From an uncultured virus (IMG/VR IMGVR_UViG_3300001041_000010) (Duplodnaviria; Heunggongvirae; Uroviricota; Caudoviricetes): a stretch of 55,365 nt of DNA. The notes beneath the pieces were generated by a model that saw nothing but the letters and a program-made list of their open reading frames with translations, had not been told where the DNA came from and did no database searches. Shown here one piece after another: positions 20,341 to 30,020 of this stretch. Made by a program: the position numbers and the translations under genes. The stretch lies in IMG/VR virus record IMGVR_UViG_3300001041_000010; one strand, given 5' to 3'. Within the stretch, counting starts at the first letter, position 1; every line of letters begins with the position of its first letter.

Positions 20341-20589
20341 TTAATCCTCCTTACTCTTTTCTTTAAATATTGCGTAAGTCATATTTAATCGTGCTATAGT
20401 CTGTCTAATAAACTTTACAGCACAAGGCTTACAACACGGAGCACCAACACGTCCACCGTGACTGCAAGCCAATATTCCTTCGGCCTGTCCACCACCATGA
20501 GATCTAGTGCCTCTTCCAAAGTAGTATTCAAAGGCCTTATCAGCAATAGTAATTTGGTCATATACACTAAATTGTTCGTTAATGTCCAT
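20341..20589 (-). CDS. hypothetical protein
   Basis: AGGAGG RBS. Confidence 0.65.
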   Translation of the reverse strand: MDINEQFSVYDQITIADKAFEYYFGRGTRSHGGGQAEGILACSHGGRVGAPCCKPCAVKFIRQTIARLNMTYAIFKEKSKED

Positions 20590-20638
20590 GTTGTAAACCT
20601 CCTGTTGTTAAGTCTAGGGAGGTTTCCCTCCCTATAAA

Positions 20639-21583
20639 TTACTTCGCCGGTGTAGCGGACGCGCCACCCAGTAATAGATTCGCACCAGCCGGTGTATAGA
20701 TTACTTCAACTTTATCATTAAATTTCTCAATAGATTTTAGTTGAAGCATCTTATCTGTTAAGCTGGCACTAATGGTTTCATTCGCTTTGGCTTCAGCTTC
20801 GGCAGCTACTTGTTTAGCTTGAGCATTAATCTTGGCATTATCAAGATTCATTTGGGCTTCGATTAAAGTTTTAGCTGCAGCCGATGTCGCTTGCTTTGTA
20901 GCATTTTCAGCGGCGATCTTGGCTTCAAAGCTCCCCTTAACGGAATCCGGCAATGTAATCCGTCTAAAGTTAAAACCTTCGATAACAAGGCCAACTTCAG
21001 CAAGTTCGGTTCTCATACGGGTTAATACTTTACCGGCAATTTCATCGCGTTTATCGTTCATGTCTAAAATAGAATAGGTACCGGTCGTGGCCATTAAATC
21101 ACTATTAAGTGTGTTACGAAGAACGTTGTGAGCAATCGTTTCGATACTAGCTCCACGATACTTCTTATAGAGTTTTTCAACATCACCAACATGATAAGCA
21201 ACAGAGACGTCAACATTGACATTAGGACCTTCTTTGCTCGGCGTATCAAGGGAGTCATTGCTTGGCGATCCTTCGTCTGCTCCGGCTGTGAGGATCAAAT
21301 ACTCTGTAGAAACGGGATACTCAACAAATTGACTTGTGAAAGGATTGACAAACTTGTAACCAAGTGTATCCTTAACGGTAATTTCACCGTTAATCTTGTT
21401 TTGAATAATACCAACGTAACCAGGTTTAACCCGATCAAAGGATACAAAAAGGAACCCTGCGATAAACATAAATATAATGACTAGGGCAGCACCACCAATC
21501 ATTGTATTACGTGCTTTAATCATGTCTCTGCGACGACGCTCACTTGGGCTCATCTGTTCGTTTTCGAAGTCTTTGTAACTCAT
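20639..21583 (-). CDS. SPFH/band-7/prohibitin membrane protein
   Basis: N-terminal TM helix, VKPGYVGI, VNVDVSVAYHV, Ala/Glu-rich coiled coil. Confidence 0.9.
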   Translation of the reverse strand: MSYKDFENEQMSPSERRRRDMIKARNTMIGGAALVIIFMFIAGFLFVSFDRVKPGYVGIIQNKINGEITVKDTLGYKFVNPFTSQFVEYPVSTEYLILTAGADEGSPSNDSLDTPSKEGPNVNVDVSVAYHVGDVEKLYKKYRGASIETIAHNVLRNTLNSDLMATTGTYSILDMNDKRDEIAGKVLTRMRTELAEVGLVIEGFNFRRITLPDSVKGSFEAKIAAENATKQATSAAAKTLIEAQMNLDNAKINAQAKQVAAEAEAKANETISASLTDKMLQLKSIEKFNDKVEVIYTPAGANLLLGGASATPAK

Positions 21584-21748
21584 CTCTTTTCTCTTCCTCT
21601 CTCTTATCGAGTCCTACATTCTTGGTTATGCGATCTCCGATCCAAGTTAAGGCCGGACGCGCAAAAAACCAGATTAGGACAATGATCATGATTAAAAACA
21701 TCAATGCACGTAGAAACATTTAACTAACCTCCTTTCCAACGAATCACG

Positions 21749-22060
21749 TTAATCCTCCTTTAGCCTTACTGACACCTCTAACAAAGTATAAACAAACTTG
21801 CTTATCTCAGCCGTTAGCTGATTAGCAACTTTATCTTTAAAGTTGTTACGATAACCATCACTTAAAGCATTTTCAACTAGCTTATTGATATGAAGTTTAA
21901 TCGTATGATCAATCGCATCTTTGTCAGATTTGAGAAGACGAAGTATCTCTTCGGAAAAGATTTGTCTGATTAGATCTTTCAAATCATCTTTAGAGATACC
22001 CATTTCGTTGTGAATCAGATTTTTAACAGCAGCATAGTTGCTACCAATAGTTCGACTCAT
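21749..22060 (-). CDS. hypothetical protein
   Basis: ORF track. Confidence 0.65.
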   Translation of the reverse strand: MSRTIGSNYAAVKNLIHNEMGISKDDLKDLIRQIFSEEILRLLKSDKDAIDHTIKLHINKLVENALSDGYRNNFKDKVANQLTAEISKFVYTLLEVSVRLKED

Positions 22061-22371
22061 TTTGATACTCCAATTATTCCATCAGGATATTGTTCGAACT
22101 CGGCGATAAGTTGACCAAGCCATGGAATGGCAAATTCATACGTGCCCCATCCGTTAGGTGCATCGTAGACTTTAAACCGTTCAGGGTCAGACATCATAAG
22201 ACTTAAACCATCCCACAAGGCAGGTAATACGGATTTTGCCGTTTGTCCTGCGGAATTATATAAAGCATTATAAACTCCGGCTGCTGACCACATTTTGCCA
22301 AGATTATGAGTAATGTTTTTATCTACGACAGTTACTTCTTCCATTTGAGTTAACCGGATATCTAAACTCAT
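22057..22371 (-). CDS. phage protein with NITHNLGKM..NGWGTYE motifs
   Basis: GGAGG RBS before MSLDIRL. Confidence 0.7.
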   Translation of the reverse strand: MSLDIRLTQMEEVTVVDKNITHNLGKMWSAAGVYNALYNSAGQTAKSVLPALWDGLSLMMSDPERFKVYDAPNGWGTYEFAIPWLGQLIAEFEQYPDGIIGVSK

Positions 22372-22373
22372 GA

Positions 22374-23870
22374 TTAATCCTCCCAAATAGCTGAATTCGT
22401 ATCGCGATCATCGCGAATTCTCACAAAACGCGGGTGTCTGAACTTTCCTGAGGCTAATCGTTCCATGGCTTCAAGTTCAATAACTTTACCGAGATAATCA
22501 CGATCAAAGTGATCGGTCATGTCTTTACGGATAGCATCGGTCATCCCTGAGGCCTTACCACAATCAAGTAATAAATAATGTGGAAGACGAGGAATACCAA
22601 GAACATCAGGATCAATAAAATCCTTAACTTTTACATTAAGTTCAAAAGCTTTAGCCTCAGTAATCCACTGACCGAATTTAATAGCGCCCAGCATACCGAC
22701 ATATTTACCTTCGTTAGCACCCTCCCAGCCAGTTACGATACAATCGGCCGTCAACATTTTCTTAACCTTATACCAATTCTTAGTAGGGCGGCCACCTTCC
22801 ATGTACTTTGCGTCAATGTGTTTAAACATGCCGCCTTCGAATCCCTTGGCGAGTATGTCACGTAAATACTGTTCTTTGTCTTTAATCGTATAACGACTCA
22901 AAATCAGCGGGAATGTTTCGGGATCATAACCAGGTAAGTTAGGAATCACATCGTTGAATAAGGCTGTAAGTTTCATACGACGGTATTTCCATTCCAGTTT
23001 TGTCAGATCAACTTTACCTTCTTGTAAGATGTCAAAGACTACAAGAACTAAATCCGTATTGTCTCGACCATCCTTAGAGTTTAAGTTGCCTGATACCGTA
23101 GCGCAATCGATCATACCGGCTTCTTCTAGGGTTTCTTTCGTCAAACTTGGATCATCAATTCCATTACGAGGTAATAACTCACAATCCAAGATTGTACCCC
23201 ATAACTCCTTAGGCCATTGAATGGTTTCGATGTGTGGCAAGTTATCCGTTTTCTCAATAGGCTTAGTACCATCTGTTACGCTGGCATTACGCCCAAAAGT
23301 TCTAGTCTTATCTGGTGTTCCATGAGCTGTAATCCGAATCCCATCATACTTTTGTTCTAAGACATAGTTTGGATCATCAATCAACGCTCGATGCTTACGG
23401 ATCGTATACTCAATAATGTCTTCGCCTTCTAATCGCTCACACTTATCATTAAAGGTTTGAGCGTTCTGAGGCCATAAGATACGTGGTTTATAATCATCCG
23501 TATCGATGGTCTTATAAGCACTAGTAGGTGGCGTATAGCGAGCTGGAGATGTATGCTGAGGCCCTGAAACATCTCCTTGATTTTCCTGATAAAATTTAGC
23601 TAATTTAGATTTAATCAGCTTTTCGTATTCATTACGAGCTTTAACTTCACTGACACCGGCATATTTACCGGCGACACTCATTGTTCCGCCGCGCTTGCCG
23701 TAAAAACCCGTAGCGTAATAATAATTCGTTGCAGGGTCATGGCTCATAATAGCAATATAGACCTTATCTGATCCGCCTTGCTGATTATATAAATCTGTGC
23801 GTTCAATTTCATCTCCTGTAAATTGAACGCCATTTCTACCACGACCATAACCCTGAATTTCAGTACTCAA
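22374..23870 (-). CDS. ATP-dependent DNA ligase with N-terminal WGR-like domain
   Basis: EQKYDGIR, ILDCEL, VFDIL, FEGGMFK, WYKVK, RHPRFVRIRDDR; N-terminal GSDKVY..YGKRGG..LIKSKLAKFYQ. Confidence 0.92.
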   Translation of the reverse strand: MSTEIQGYGRGRNGVQFTGDEIERTDLYNQQGGSDKVYIAIMSHDPATNYYYATGFYGKRGGTMSVAGKYAGVSEVKARNEYEKLIKSKLAKFYQENQGDVSGPQHTSPARYTPPTSAYKTIDTDDYKPRILWPQNAQTFNDKCERLEGEDIIEYTIRKHRALIDDPNYVLEQKYDGIRITAHGTPDKTRTFGRNASVTDGTKPIEKTDNLPHIETIQWPKELWGTILDCELLPRNGIDDPSLTKETLEEAGMIDCATVSGNLNSKDGRDNTDLVLVVFDILQEGKVDLTKLEWKYRRMKLTALFNDVIPNLPGYDPETFPLILSRYTIKDKEQYLRDILAKGFEGGMFKHIDAKYMEGGRPTKNWYKVKKMLTADCIVTGWEGANEGKYVGMLGAIKFGQWITEAKAFELNVKVKDFIDPDVLGIPRLPHYLLLDCGKASGMTDAIRKDMTDHFDRDYLGKVIELEAMERLASGKFRHPRFVRIRDDRDTNSAIWED

Positions 23871-23919
23871 TGTTTATCACCTCATTACTATTGTATCACA
23901 ATTTGTAACAAATTATACT

Positions 23920-24348
23920 CTAATCAGGGATCTTAATATCTAAGATTGAGTATCGACCGCGTTCATAGAGTTCTGTCATTGGCATTTCTTCTTCAAGCAA
24001 TAAACCTAGACGTTCGCGTTCGTCAATTGTTAAACCAAATCGGATAATGTCATCTCTCGTATTCGCAACCTGCGAATCACCAGATTCTTGTCAGCCCCAG
24101 CCGGTATAATCGCATCCAGCTCGAATAGCACCATAACGACCGTCTTTGAGTTTAACGACGATGACCCAATTGGCACCGTCGTTTTCACCATCAGCTTTAG
24201 CAATAACTTCTACAACATCTTCAATTGTAAATGGCGAACAATCAACCGTAAGAACACCTGGAATAAATGCTGTAGGTTTTGATTCTGTACCATCGGCATA
24301 AGCAAAGACATAGGGCCAATTATAGTCATCATCAAGTTCTGGTAACAT
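23920..24348 (-). CDS. probable selenoprotein (in-frame UGA at 24091-24093 in GCDYTGWG-U-Q)
   Basis: Frame stays open for 56 sense codons after the UGA and ends in the shared C-terminal tag LYERGRYSILDIKIPD; SECIS-like hairpin 10 nt downstream of the UGA. Confidence 0.75.
24059..24080 (-). promoter_or_regulatory. bacterial SECIS-like hairpin
   Basis: GUGAUUCGCA-GGU-UGCGAAUAC: bulged stem with GGU apical loop, 10 nt after the UGA. Confidence 0.65.
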
Positions 24349-24368
24349 TTAGTTTGGCCTCCTTGTCT

Positions 24369-24746
24369 TTACTCGGGAATTTGAATATCAGCAATCAAGT
24401 CGCGACCTCGTTGTTCCTCTTCGCTAATAACATTTTCGTCCATGTGCATGATCGTCATAGCGATCGACTGAATCAGTCTAGAAATAGTAATAAAGTCATG
24501 GGCTGGCTTTGTTCTTGGCTCTGCATTGAGAACATCAACTATTTTCTCATACTTTTCTTGAATACAATCTTGATACTTTAGAGTTTGATTTACATCTTCT
24601 TTAGTATTGATCATTTCATGAAACAAAGCCGATGTAAAGTCTGCAAAAGCTAAAGCAAGTACTGCATAATCTAATCCAATACCGGTATTTGCCATAGCTT
24701 CAGAAAGCTTATTAACATTAGCTTGTCGTTCTTCCTGGGTTAACAT
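24369..24746 (-). CDS. helical protein with shared C-terminal tag (EQRGRDLIADIQIPE)
   Basis: ORF track, AAAGGTGG RBS. Confidence 0.7.
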   Translation of the reverse strand: MLTQEERQANVNKLSEAMANTGIGLDYAVLALAFADFTSALFHEMINTKEDVNQTLKYQDCIQEKYEKIVDVLNAEPRTKPAHDFITISRLIQSIAMTIMHMDENVISEEEQRGRDLIADIQIPE

Positions 24747-24803
24747 TTATTTCACCACCTTTCTAATATATAATTTCCGCTCCCTGGAAGGGAGGAGCGG
24801 AAA

Positions 24804-25091
24804 TTAATAATACTTAATTAGATCATGATAACTAGTAAGTTCTTCCCATTGTTTATCGGGAATAGTTTGAAGTTCTAATAGAACTGAACTAACAAAAGTC
24901 TCGCCATCTTCATGCTTTAACACTTCATTAAGAAGACCAGCAAGTTCTGACATTGACATTGTTTTAAATCTAGTAACCAAGGAATAAAGATCCATAACTT
25001 CTTTTGGACCCTTATCGTGATAAGTATATGATCCGAATTCTTTAATTGCAGATTCAATAGCCTTAATACATTCATCTGCAGTAACTGGCAT
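24804..25091 (-). CDS. hypothetical protein
   Basis: AAGGAGGAG RBS. Confidence 0.7.
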   Translation of the reverse strand: MPVTADECIKAIESAIKEFGSYTYHDKGPKEVMDLYSLVTRFKTMSMSELAGLLNEVLKHEDGETFVSSVLLELQTIPDKQWEELTSYHDLIKYY

Positions 25092-25120
25092 ACTAACTCC
25101 TCCTTATTACTTAATTAAAC

Positions 25121-25357
25121 TCATATTGACTTCAAAGAACATAGTGCTGTATCAAGCATCGTAACGCCAACTTCATGTCGGTAATCATACATATCGATAC
25201 CGAATTCTCGCTCAGCTATACGTTCAATACCATTATAGATACGAATACGAAAGCCTCCATCAAAACGACTTGTGGCCAATAAGGCATATAACCCACCTCG
25301 ATCGAGACGAGTAACATTTCCATTAACACCGGTCACTTTACTCCATTCTTCTTCCAT
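25121..25357 (-). CDS. hypothetical protein
   Basis: AAGGAG RBS. Confidence 0.6.
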   Translation of the reverse strand: MEEEWSKVTGVNGNVTRLDRGGLYALLATSRFDGGFRIRIYNGIERIAEREFGIDMYDYRHEVGVTMLDTALCSLKSI

Positions 25358-25359
25358 AA

Positions 25360-27000
25360 TTAAGACTCCTTAAAGTCTTCGATCTTAAGTTGAAGACTTC
25401 GTTTGTTATTCCAAACGTTAATATCCGGAGAGAAGACAATATCAACAAAAACTGGAGTACCCATTTCTTCAAATTGTTCTGCCATATTCCAACCGACAAA
25501 TTCATAGGTTTTCTTATCACTTCGGCATATTAATTTCAAGTGCTGTTTATTAGCACCCATATAATTTGCCGTTTCAATTCTAAGATCACGCATCATGAAA
25601 TTAGGTCTGGAATTCCCCTTACCGAAGGGTGCAAGTTGTTGAAGACTCTCAGTAAACTCCATTGTCATTTGACTTGGCTCTACTTCAAAGTCAGCACGGA
25701 TTCGACGAATCAAACTTTCTTCGGTTAAGATACAGTTATCTAGTACGGCTTGTTTAAATAGCTCTAGATTATCCTGATGTATCGTAAGGCCACAGGCTAC
25801 CTTATGACCGCCGAATGCCGTGAGCATAGACTTATGTTTACCTATTGCATCAAACATGTCATAGCCATCAATTGAGCGCCCTGAGCCCTTAATAAACTCC
25901 GTGTGTTCGACATTCGTAAGTAAAATCACTGGACGATTAAGTTCTTCTCGAATCTTACCAGCAATCAAACCGAGTAATCCTTCAGGAAGACCGACTTCAT
26001 AGTGAACACAGATTAGATCCTCAGTATCTCGAAGTTTTTCTAATAAGCGTTCATAGACCTGGGCTTGTAATTCCTGACGATCCTTATTATGCTGAACTAA
26101 TTCCTTAGCAATTCGTAAGGCCTTAAGTGGTGATTTAGTAATTAATAACTCAACAGCCTTATGCGCTGTCTCTAGGCGACCAGTGGCGTTGATACAAGGT
26201 GCCAAAACAAAGCCAACGTTATAAGGTGTAATTTCTTTATCTTTCAGTTCTTTAACGCCTAATAGCCATTCAAGACCAATACGCTTCGTATGCTTAATAG
26301 CGTCAAGGCCGTATTTAACGATAATTCGGTTCTCATCGACTAAGTCAACAACATCCGCTATCGTCCCTAATGTAACGAGATCCAAATACTTATTAACAAC
26401 AAGAGGATCAAATCCATAACGGCGATATAATACAGCAGCGAACTTCCAGGCCACCCCAACACCAGCCAAACTATCAAAAGGATATTTGTGATTACTACAC
26501 TTAGGATCAATAATGGCAGCAGCCTTAGGTAATTCTGCCTGAGGCTCATGATGATCCGTAATAATGACTTCGATTCCCAAGGTTTTAGCATACTCGACCT
26601 CCTTAATTCCAGAGATTCCGCAGTCACATGTAATAATCAACTTTGTTCCATTGGCATGAAGTATAGCAATAGCATCACAATTTAGACCGTAACCTTCTGA
26701 GCGGTCGGGAATATAATAATCCACATCATAGCCAAGTTCGCGGAAGGTTAAGACAAGTAAAGCCGTACTAGTGACACCGTCAACATCGTAATCTCCATAA
26801 ACAGTTAACTTCTTGCCTTTATACTTATCCACAGTATCCACAGCCTTATCCACATTGGGAAGTAAGCTAGGATCATGAAGATCTCGAAGTGTACTATTTA
26901 AGAACTTATCTTTATCAGTAACACCTTTTTTATCCAAGATAAGCTCGATGAGATTATCATTAGAAAGGCATTGAGCGCCTATGCTCCATCGTTTCTCCAA
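25360..27000 (-). CDS. recJ: single-stranded-DNA exonuclease RecJ
   Basis: YGDYDVDGVTS, EGYGL, ITCDCGI, ITDHH, LGTIADVV, KGSGRS, FGGH, PFGKGN; TTG start after GAGGAG. Confidence 0.96.
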   Translation of the reverse strand: MEKRWSIGAQCLSNDNLIELILDKKGVTDKDKFLNSTLRDLHDPSLLPNVDKAVDTVDKYKGKKLTVYGDYDVDGVTSTALLVLTFRELGYDVDYYIPDRSEGYGLNCDAIAILHANGTKLIITCDCGISGIKEVEYAKTLGIEVIITDHHEPQAELPKAAAIIDPKCSNHKYPFDSLAGVGVAWKFAAVLYRRYGFDPLVVNKYLDLVTLGTIADVVDLVDENRIIVKYGLDAIKHTKRIGLEWLLGVKELKDKEITPYNVGFVLAPCINATGRLETAHKAVELLITKSPLKALRIAKELVQHNKDRQELQAQVYERLLEKLRDTEDLICVHYEVGLPEGLLGLIAGKIREELNRPVILLTNVEHTEFIKGSGRSIDGYDMFDAIGKHKSMLTAFGGHKVACGLTIHQDNLELFKQAVLDNCILTEESLIRRIRADFEVEPSQMTMEFTESLQQLAPFGKGNSRPNFMMRDLRIETANYMGANKQHLKLICRSDKKTYEFVGWNMAEQFEEMGTPVFVDIVFSPDINVWNNKRSLQLKIEDFKES

Positions 27001-27406
27001 TATTATCACACTCCTCAGGTTTACGATCGAAAATCGTTGTTTTCCTACCATCAGGATCAAACAAATTAGACTTTACAACAGGTTTTTCAGCTCTTAGATC
27101 GTCCATGTGTTTAGCCCACATATTACCTAGTTCACTAGGTTCACTTTCATAAGAGATTTTAATATTAGCAATAAATGCAAAGGGTAATAATACGATCGAA
27201 ACAACACTTGCTATAAACCAAAAGAATACCGTACCAGCAAGGCGAATAGGTGATGCTAAGATCGTAATCCCTGTGATCTCGGATGTTTTACCCCATGGTG
27301 TTGTTGTTTCACTCGTAATCATATCAATCCAAAACTGTCGCGTTACAATATGACGTATTGAAAGTGGAAAGTAAAGAAAGCTTTTAATTCCGTCCCAGTC
27401 AATCAT
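26960..27406 (-). CDS. putative membrane protein
   Basis: Hydrophobic central segment. Confidence 0.6.
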   Translation of the reverse strand: MIDWDGIKSFLYFPLSIRHIVTRQFWIDMITSETTTPWGKTSEITGITILASPIRLAGTVFFWFIASVVSIVLLPFAFIANIKISYESEPSELGNMWAKHMDDLRAEKPVVKSNLFDPDGRKTTIFDRKPEECDNIGETMEHRRSMPF

Positions 27407-27650
27407 TTGATCACCTTCCTAATGGCTTTATACTTAGCTTTACGCATCATGCGTTTAAACATGGCTTCGGGTCCTTCAATTATAGCTTGAATATCACCTA
27501 ACATGCCAACCATCTTATAAAGATCCTGTCGTATCTTACTTATGGGATTTGCCATATTAATTCCTCCTTGCTTCAAGTATATCAAAGGGTTCAGATAATT
27601 TAACCTGAACCCTTTGATATACTCCGTATGACTACGGAGTAGATATGTAG

Positions 27651-27944
27651 TTACTTAGGGCTTGCAAGAATACGAATTTTAGACTGACTACTACACTTAG
27701 CTCCATTAGCAGATGCTCGTAATCGCTCTGTGCCTTTATTCTGAAAATAAGCATAGATATCTGATTCACTTGGATTATATGGTTTACTTTTAGAAATTAA
27801 AGGTCTAGAATATTGTCTATTTGGAATGTCTGGAAATTCTGCACGACACATTGCAATGGTCTTTCCGTGAGTCTTTAAGTGGGAAGGATTTAAGTCATAA
27901 AATTCCCTCCCACAATAAGGACATGTAATTTTATCCAACGTCAT
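27651..27944 (-). CDS. zinc-finger protein (CPYC..HLKTH, MucR/Ros-like)
   Basis: ITCPYCGREF..SHLKTHG..EFP; start uncertain. Confidence 0.55.
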   Translation of the reverse strand: MTLDKITCPYCGREFYDLNPSHLKTHGKTIAMCRAEFPDIPNRQYSRPLISKSKPYNPSESDIYAYFQNKGTERLRASANGAKCSSQSKIRILASPK

Positions 27945-28317
27945 CGAGTTGAGCCTGTTCGAGTTTAAATTGTGCTGTAAGGAACTCATGATCCGCTTCA
28001 AAATCATAGTTTTGAAAGAGCGGTTGAACAGCAATTAATTCATCGTCCGTTATAACTTCAGCAGTGAATGGAATAGCGCCACTAGCAGCAAGTTCCGGAT
28101 GTTCAGCAATACCTTGTTTGATAACTTCTTCATCAATTACATAACGCATAATTAACGCGCCTTCGTCCGAATCTTCTTTAGGAAGTAGGCCTAAATACGT
28201 ATTGTCGTTGCTCTCAACTACGGCAACCACATTAAATTCATGTGATTGATTATCATTGTCGAAAACACAGACCATAGCACCTATGAATTTACGTTTAAGT
28301 TTTTCTAAGGATGTCAT
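27931..28317 (-). CDS. DUF1292-like protein
   Basis: DNDNQSHEFNVVAVVE..YLGLLP..LIMRY..ITDDEL. Confidence 0.6.
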   Translation of the reverse strand: MTSLEKLKRKFIGAMVCVFDNDNQSHEFNVVAVVESNDNTYLGLLPKEDSDEGALIMRYVIDEEVIKQGIAEHPELAASGAIPFTAEVITDDELIAVQPLFQNYDFEADHEFLTAQFKLEQAQLDDVG

Positions 28318-28405
28318 TTGAATTCCTCCAATTCATTTTATTACATTAAGTATAACATATTGTAACAAATTAAGCTAGTTCGTGATATTGTCAGAAATGT
28401 CAATA

Positions 28406-28600
28406 CTAATCCGGTATTATAATTTCACGGATTTTATCACGACCTATTTCTTCACGAGATTTCAATCGTGAAGTTAGATACCTACTAGGGATATCAAAAC
28501 AATGCTTGGTTTTATTACATAATTCGCATGATCCATAGCTTACAATGCCATTTGATTGATTGGTATAATTATTTGTTAAACACTGATTGCAAATAAACAT
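28406..28600 (-). CDS. small zinc-binding protein with shared C-terminal tag
   Basis: CNQC..CELC..EEIGRDKIREIIIPD. Confidence 0.7.
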   Translation of the reverse strand: MFICNQCLTNNYTNQSNGIVSYGSCELCNKTKHCFDIPSRYLTSRLKSREEIGRDKIREIIIPD

Positions 28601-28602
28601 AC

Positions 28603-28950
28603 TTATACCTCCGGTATAACAATAGAACGAATTTGAGCGGCCCCTGTTTCTTGTAGAGCATTGTCAATTGATCCATTCTTTCCCCATTCTAAGCCTGCTC
28701 TATATGCTTCATCCGGTGTAGGATTAGTATCACCAAAGATAGGATGAACAACGCCAAACCAATCACGGATACGCTTCGCGTCATCATGGCCATAATAGCC
28801 TGACATATAACCAATATTAGCATAAGCATTAGGATTCATAGTAAGATAAAGTTTCATAAACTCTTGGGCTTCTTCTCGTGTATCACACCGGTCAATACCA
28901 TTGCTCATTAAATCACCATAAGAATTTAGATTATAACCTTTCCATCGCAT
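28603..28950 (-). CDS. phage protein with shared C-terminal tag
   Basis: NIGYMSGYY..HPIFG; ends LQETGAAQIRSIVIPEV. Confidence 0.7.
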   Translation of the reverse strand: MRWKGYNLNSYGDLMSNGIDRCDTREEAQEFMKLYLTMNPNAYANIGYMSGYYGHDDAKRIRDWFGVVHPIFGDTNPTPDEAYRAGLEWGKNGSIDNALQETGAAQIRSIVIPEV

Positions 28951-29711
28951 CAGGCTATCATCCCCTTTTTCTTAAGCAATCTCTCGATAAAAATAATACC
29001 CTTATTGGATACATACGTTACGGCTTTGAAGAACTGTTTGTCTTCAGGGCCGCATGGTCGCTGTTCAACAACAAAGTAATCTCGATCCATATACTCCTGA
29101 TAAGGCGTATTATCACTCATAAGAATCTTTTCTTCACGTAAGAATTCAAAGAGTTTATTACGACCAATACCTAAGCTTTTGGCAACTTTCTTCATTGATT
29201 GATTGCCTTCGGCGTTCATAAAGGTATCAAACGATTTAGCCTTTGGAAGCAATACTAAATTAGTTTGCTCTAAAGCTAGTTTTTCTTGCTCTAGTACGAC
29301 GTTCTTCTTTTCAGAAGCTAACCAGGCTTCGATCAATTCGATCTTCGTTTGAGGCATCGTGAAGCTAATCTGAGCCTTGCCTGTTCTTAAGTTTTCTAGC
29401 AAGTCATAAACCCAGTCATAAAACTCATTAGCTTTTGGCTGATGACTGAAACGACAAATTTCATAAACACCTTTTGCCGAATAAAGATTCGTCTTATAAG
29501 TCTTCCCATCAGTTGCCGTCAATATGACGGTAGCTGAAAAAGCATCAAGTCGAGTCTTATTACGGCTATGAATTTTATCGATAGCCTTTTGTGGATTGGC
29601 ATACTCTAAGGCTTCACCGATTTGCTTACGAGTTATGAAATATTCCCCTTTACTATCTTGATATAAATCACAACTTATAGCACCAAATTGTTCTGATTTA
29701 ATTAGGTTCAT
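28950..29711 (-). CDS. phage antirepressor (BRO-N plus KilAC/ANT)
   Basis: TRKQIGEALEYANPQKAI..SHQPKANEFYDWV; PKAKSFD..IGRNKLFEFLRE..NTPYQEY..YFVV. Confidence 0.88.
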   Translation of the reverse strand: MNLIKSEQFGAISCDLYQDSKGEYFITRKQIGEALEYANPQKAIDKIHSRNKTRLDAFSATVILTATDGKTYKTNLYSAKGVYEICRFSHQPKANEFYDWVYDLLENLRTGKAQISFTMPQTKIELIEAWLASEKKNVVLEQEKLALEQTNLVLLPKAKSFDTFMNAEGNQSMKKVAKSLGIGRNKLFEFLREEKILMSDNTPYQEYMDRDYFVVEQRPCGPEDKQFFKAVTYVSNKGIIFIERLLKKKGMIA

Positions 29712-30000
29712 TCTTTTTCTCCTCTTCGTTAAAAAAGTAACATGCAATTCCAGCAATAAGGAGCATAGCGATATATGGAATCATCTTAATATCGCCATAG
29801 TTAATAGTACAACCTAATAAACTGCCGAGAAATAAGAATAATAATACACTCCACCGAGTCCACCGAATAAACTTAAGGCTCCTATTAATCTCAGCAATAC
29901 GATGTTGATGATCTAAATTAGGCTCATGAGATATCTCTGGCTGTTTATAACAACGACGTCGATAAGCTTTAGAGTCTTCGATGACTAATATCTTTGCCAT
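29698..30000 (-). CDS. two-TM membrane protein
   Basis: AGGAGG RBS before MAKILV; two hydrophobic helices. Confidence 0.65.
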   Translation of the reverse strand: MAKILVIEDSKAYRRRCYKQPEISHEPNLDHQHRIAEINRSLKFIRWTRWSVLLFLFLGSLLGCTINYGDIKMIPYIAMLLIAGIACYFFNEEEKKNEPN

Positions 30001-30020
30001 AACAGCCTCCTTGAATATAG

